DNA from: Paramoeba atlantica | Lineage: Eukaryota; Protista; Discosea | NCBI GenBank assembly: GCA_977017575.1 | Contig: CDRNVI010000007.1 | Span: 248,001 to 312,000, forward strand | Length of the DNA: 64,000 nucleotides | Direction: 5' to 3' | Shown: piece after piece, positions 63,426-64,000 of the stretch | Numbering within the stretch: the stretch's first letter is position 1 | Layout: each line of letters opens with the position of its first letter | The notes under the pieces: model-generated | Databases searched by the model: none | Told to the model about the DNA's origin: nothing | Seen by the model: only the letters and a program-made list of their open reading frames with translations | Program-made: the position numbers and the translations under genes

Positions 63426-63801
63426 GCAATAATTGTATGCATACCTGCGACCGTCCTATAACTATTACACGTTCCTGTACTACTGGTATGGGTAATGAAT
63501 AAAAGGTTTTTGAATAATAAGGTTAGTGAACGCTGAAAAAATGTTAAAAAGGTAATGTTTAAAGGATAAAAGGTAAAATGGCTATAAAACAAAGCAGAGA
63601 ATAGGATAGTAGCAAAGAATAGTAGAGTAGAACCGCACTAAATTGAAACAAAAAAAATCTATTTTTAATAAATTTATATTTTATGAAATATTCTTGTATT
63701 CTAAATAAATCGATAATGTGTCGTAGAGTAGAACGGACCGGTGAAACATAGTTTTGTTCCACATGATTTAAAACCTTGTGAAAATTTCGACTAGCTTTTA
63801 C

Positions 63802-64000
63802 ATGTACACGGAGAACGAGAATACATTAGCCGCTGAAATTGGCCTCAACGTGAACGCCTCACCATGGAAAGGGCCAGTTGCGGTTCAGTCTGTCACTCAG
63901 ACTTCCAGTAGCAACGAATTTTCTTACATTGATACTCCTCCGCAAGAGTCATCTTTGCCTAGTTTCTTTCCTCCTTCTATTGACTTGAGCAACGCGCAAG
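63802..64000 (+). CDS. Probable CDS start, runs off window end
   Basis: ATG at 63802 opens MYTENENTLAAEIGLNVNASPWKGPVAVQ... with no stop before base 64000. Preceded by an AT-rich spacer. Confidence 0.5.
   Translation, partial: MYTENENTLAAEIGLNVNASPWKGPVAVQSVTQTSSSNEFSYIDTPPQESSLPSFFPPSIDLSNAQ

Noticed and set aside
1-64000. Genome-wide UGA reassignment (Blastocrithidia-like code) to explain the two in-frame TGAs
   Set aside because: TGA ends several genes at their expected C-termini (MMS19 49145, CPSF3 52232; LRR copy A TGA aligns with copy B TAA), and long ORFs otherwise contain no in-frame stops.

Overview
A 64 kb eukaryotic window with the layout of a kinetoplastid polycistronic gene cluster. 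About 27 intronless genes all lie on the + strand, most preceded by pyrimidine/T-rich tracts. A euglenozoan-type ATP synthase OSCP and a trypanosomatid-like mitoribosomal protein support kinetoplastid identity. A non-trypanosomatid such as Perkinsela or a bodonid is an inference. Housekeeping genes include a gamma-tubulin complex protein, COPA, UTP12/WDR3, an M17 aminopeptidase, a P4-ATPase, a SNARE, MMS19, CPSF73, thioredoxin and a GNAT. There are also five LRR genes. The strongest finding is an animal-type thioredoxin reductase whose ORF 'stop' is an in-frame UGA in a C-terminal Gly-Cys-Sec-Gly motif, followed by a fully pairing SECIS element. A WCGPC thioredoxin lies in the same cluster, suggesting a selenium-dependent, probably mitochondrial, Trx system in a lineage known for trypanothione redox. 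Other signals: a second in-frame UGA inside the P4-ATPase; nested DNA transposons (hAT-like with exact 8-bp TSD, Tc1/mariner with TA TSD, a TA-flanked MITE family, a Merlin-like remnant); LRR paralogues diverging at ligand-face residues; and recurrent C-rich to G-rich skew-flip islands inside genes.
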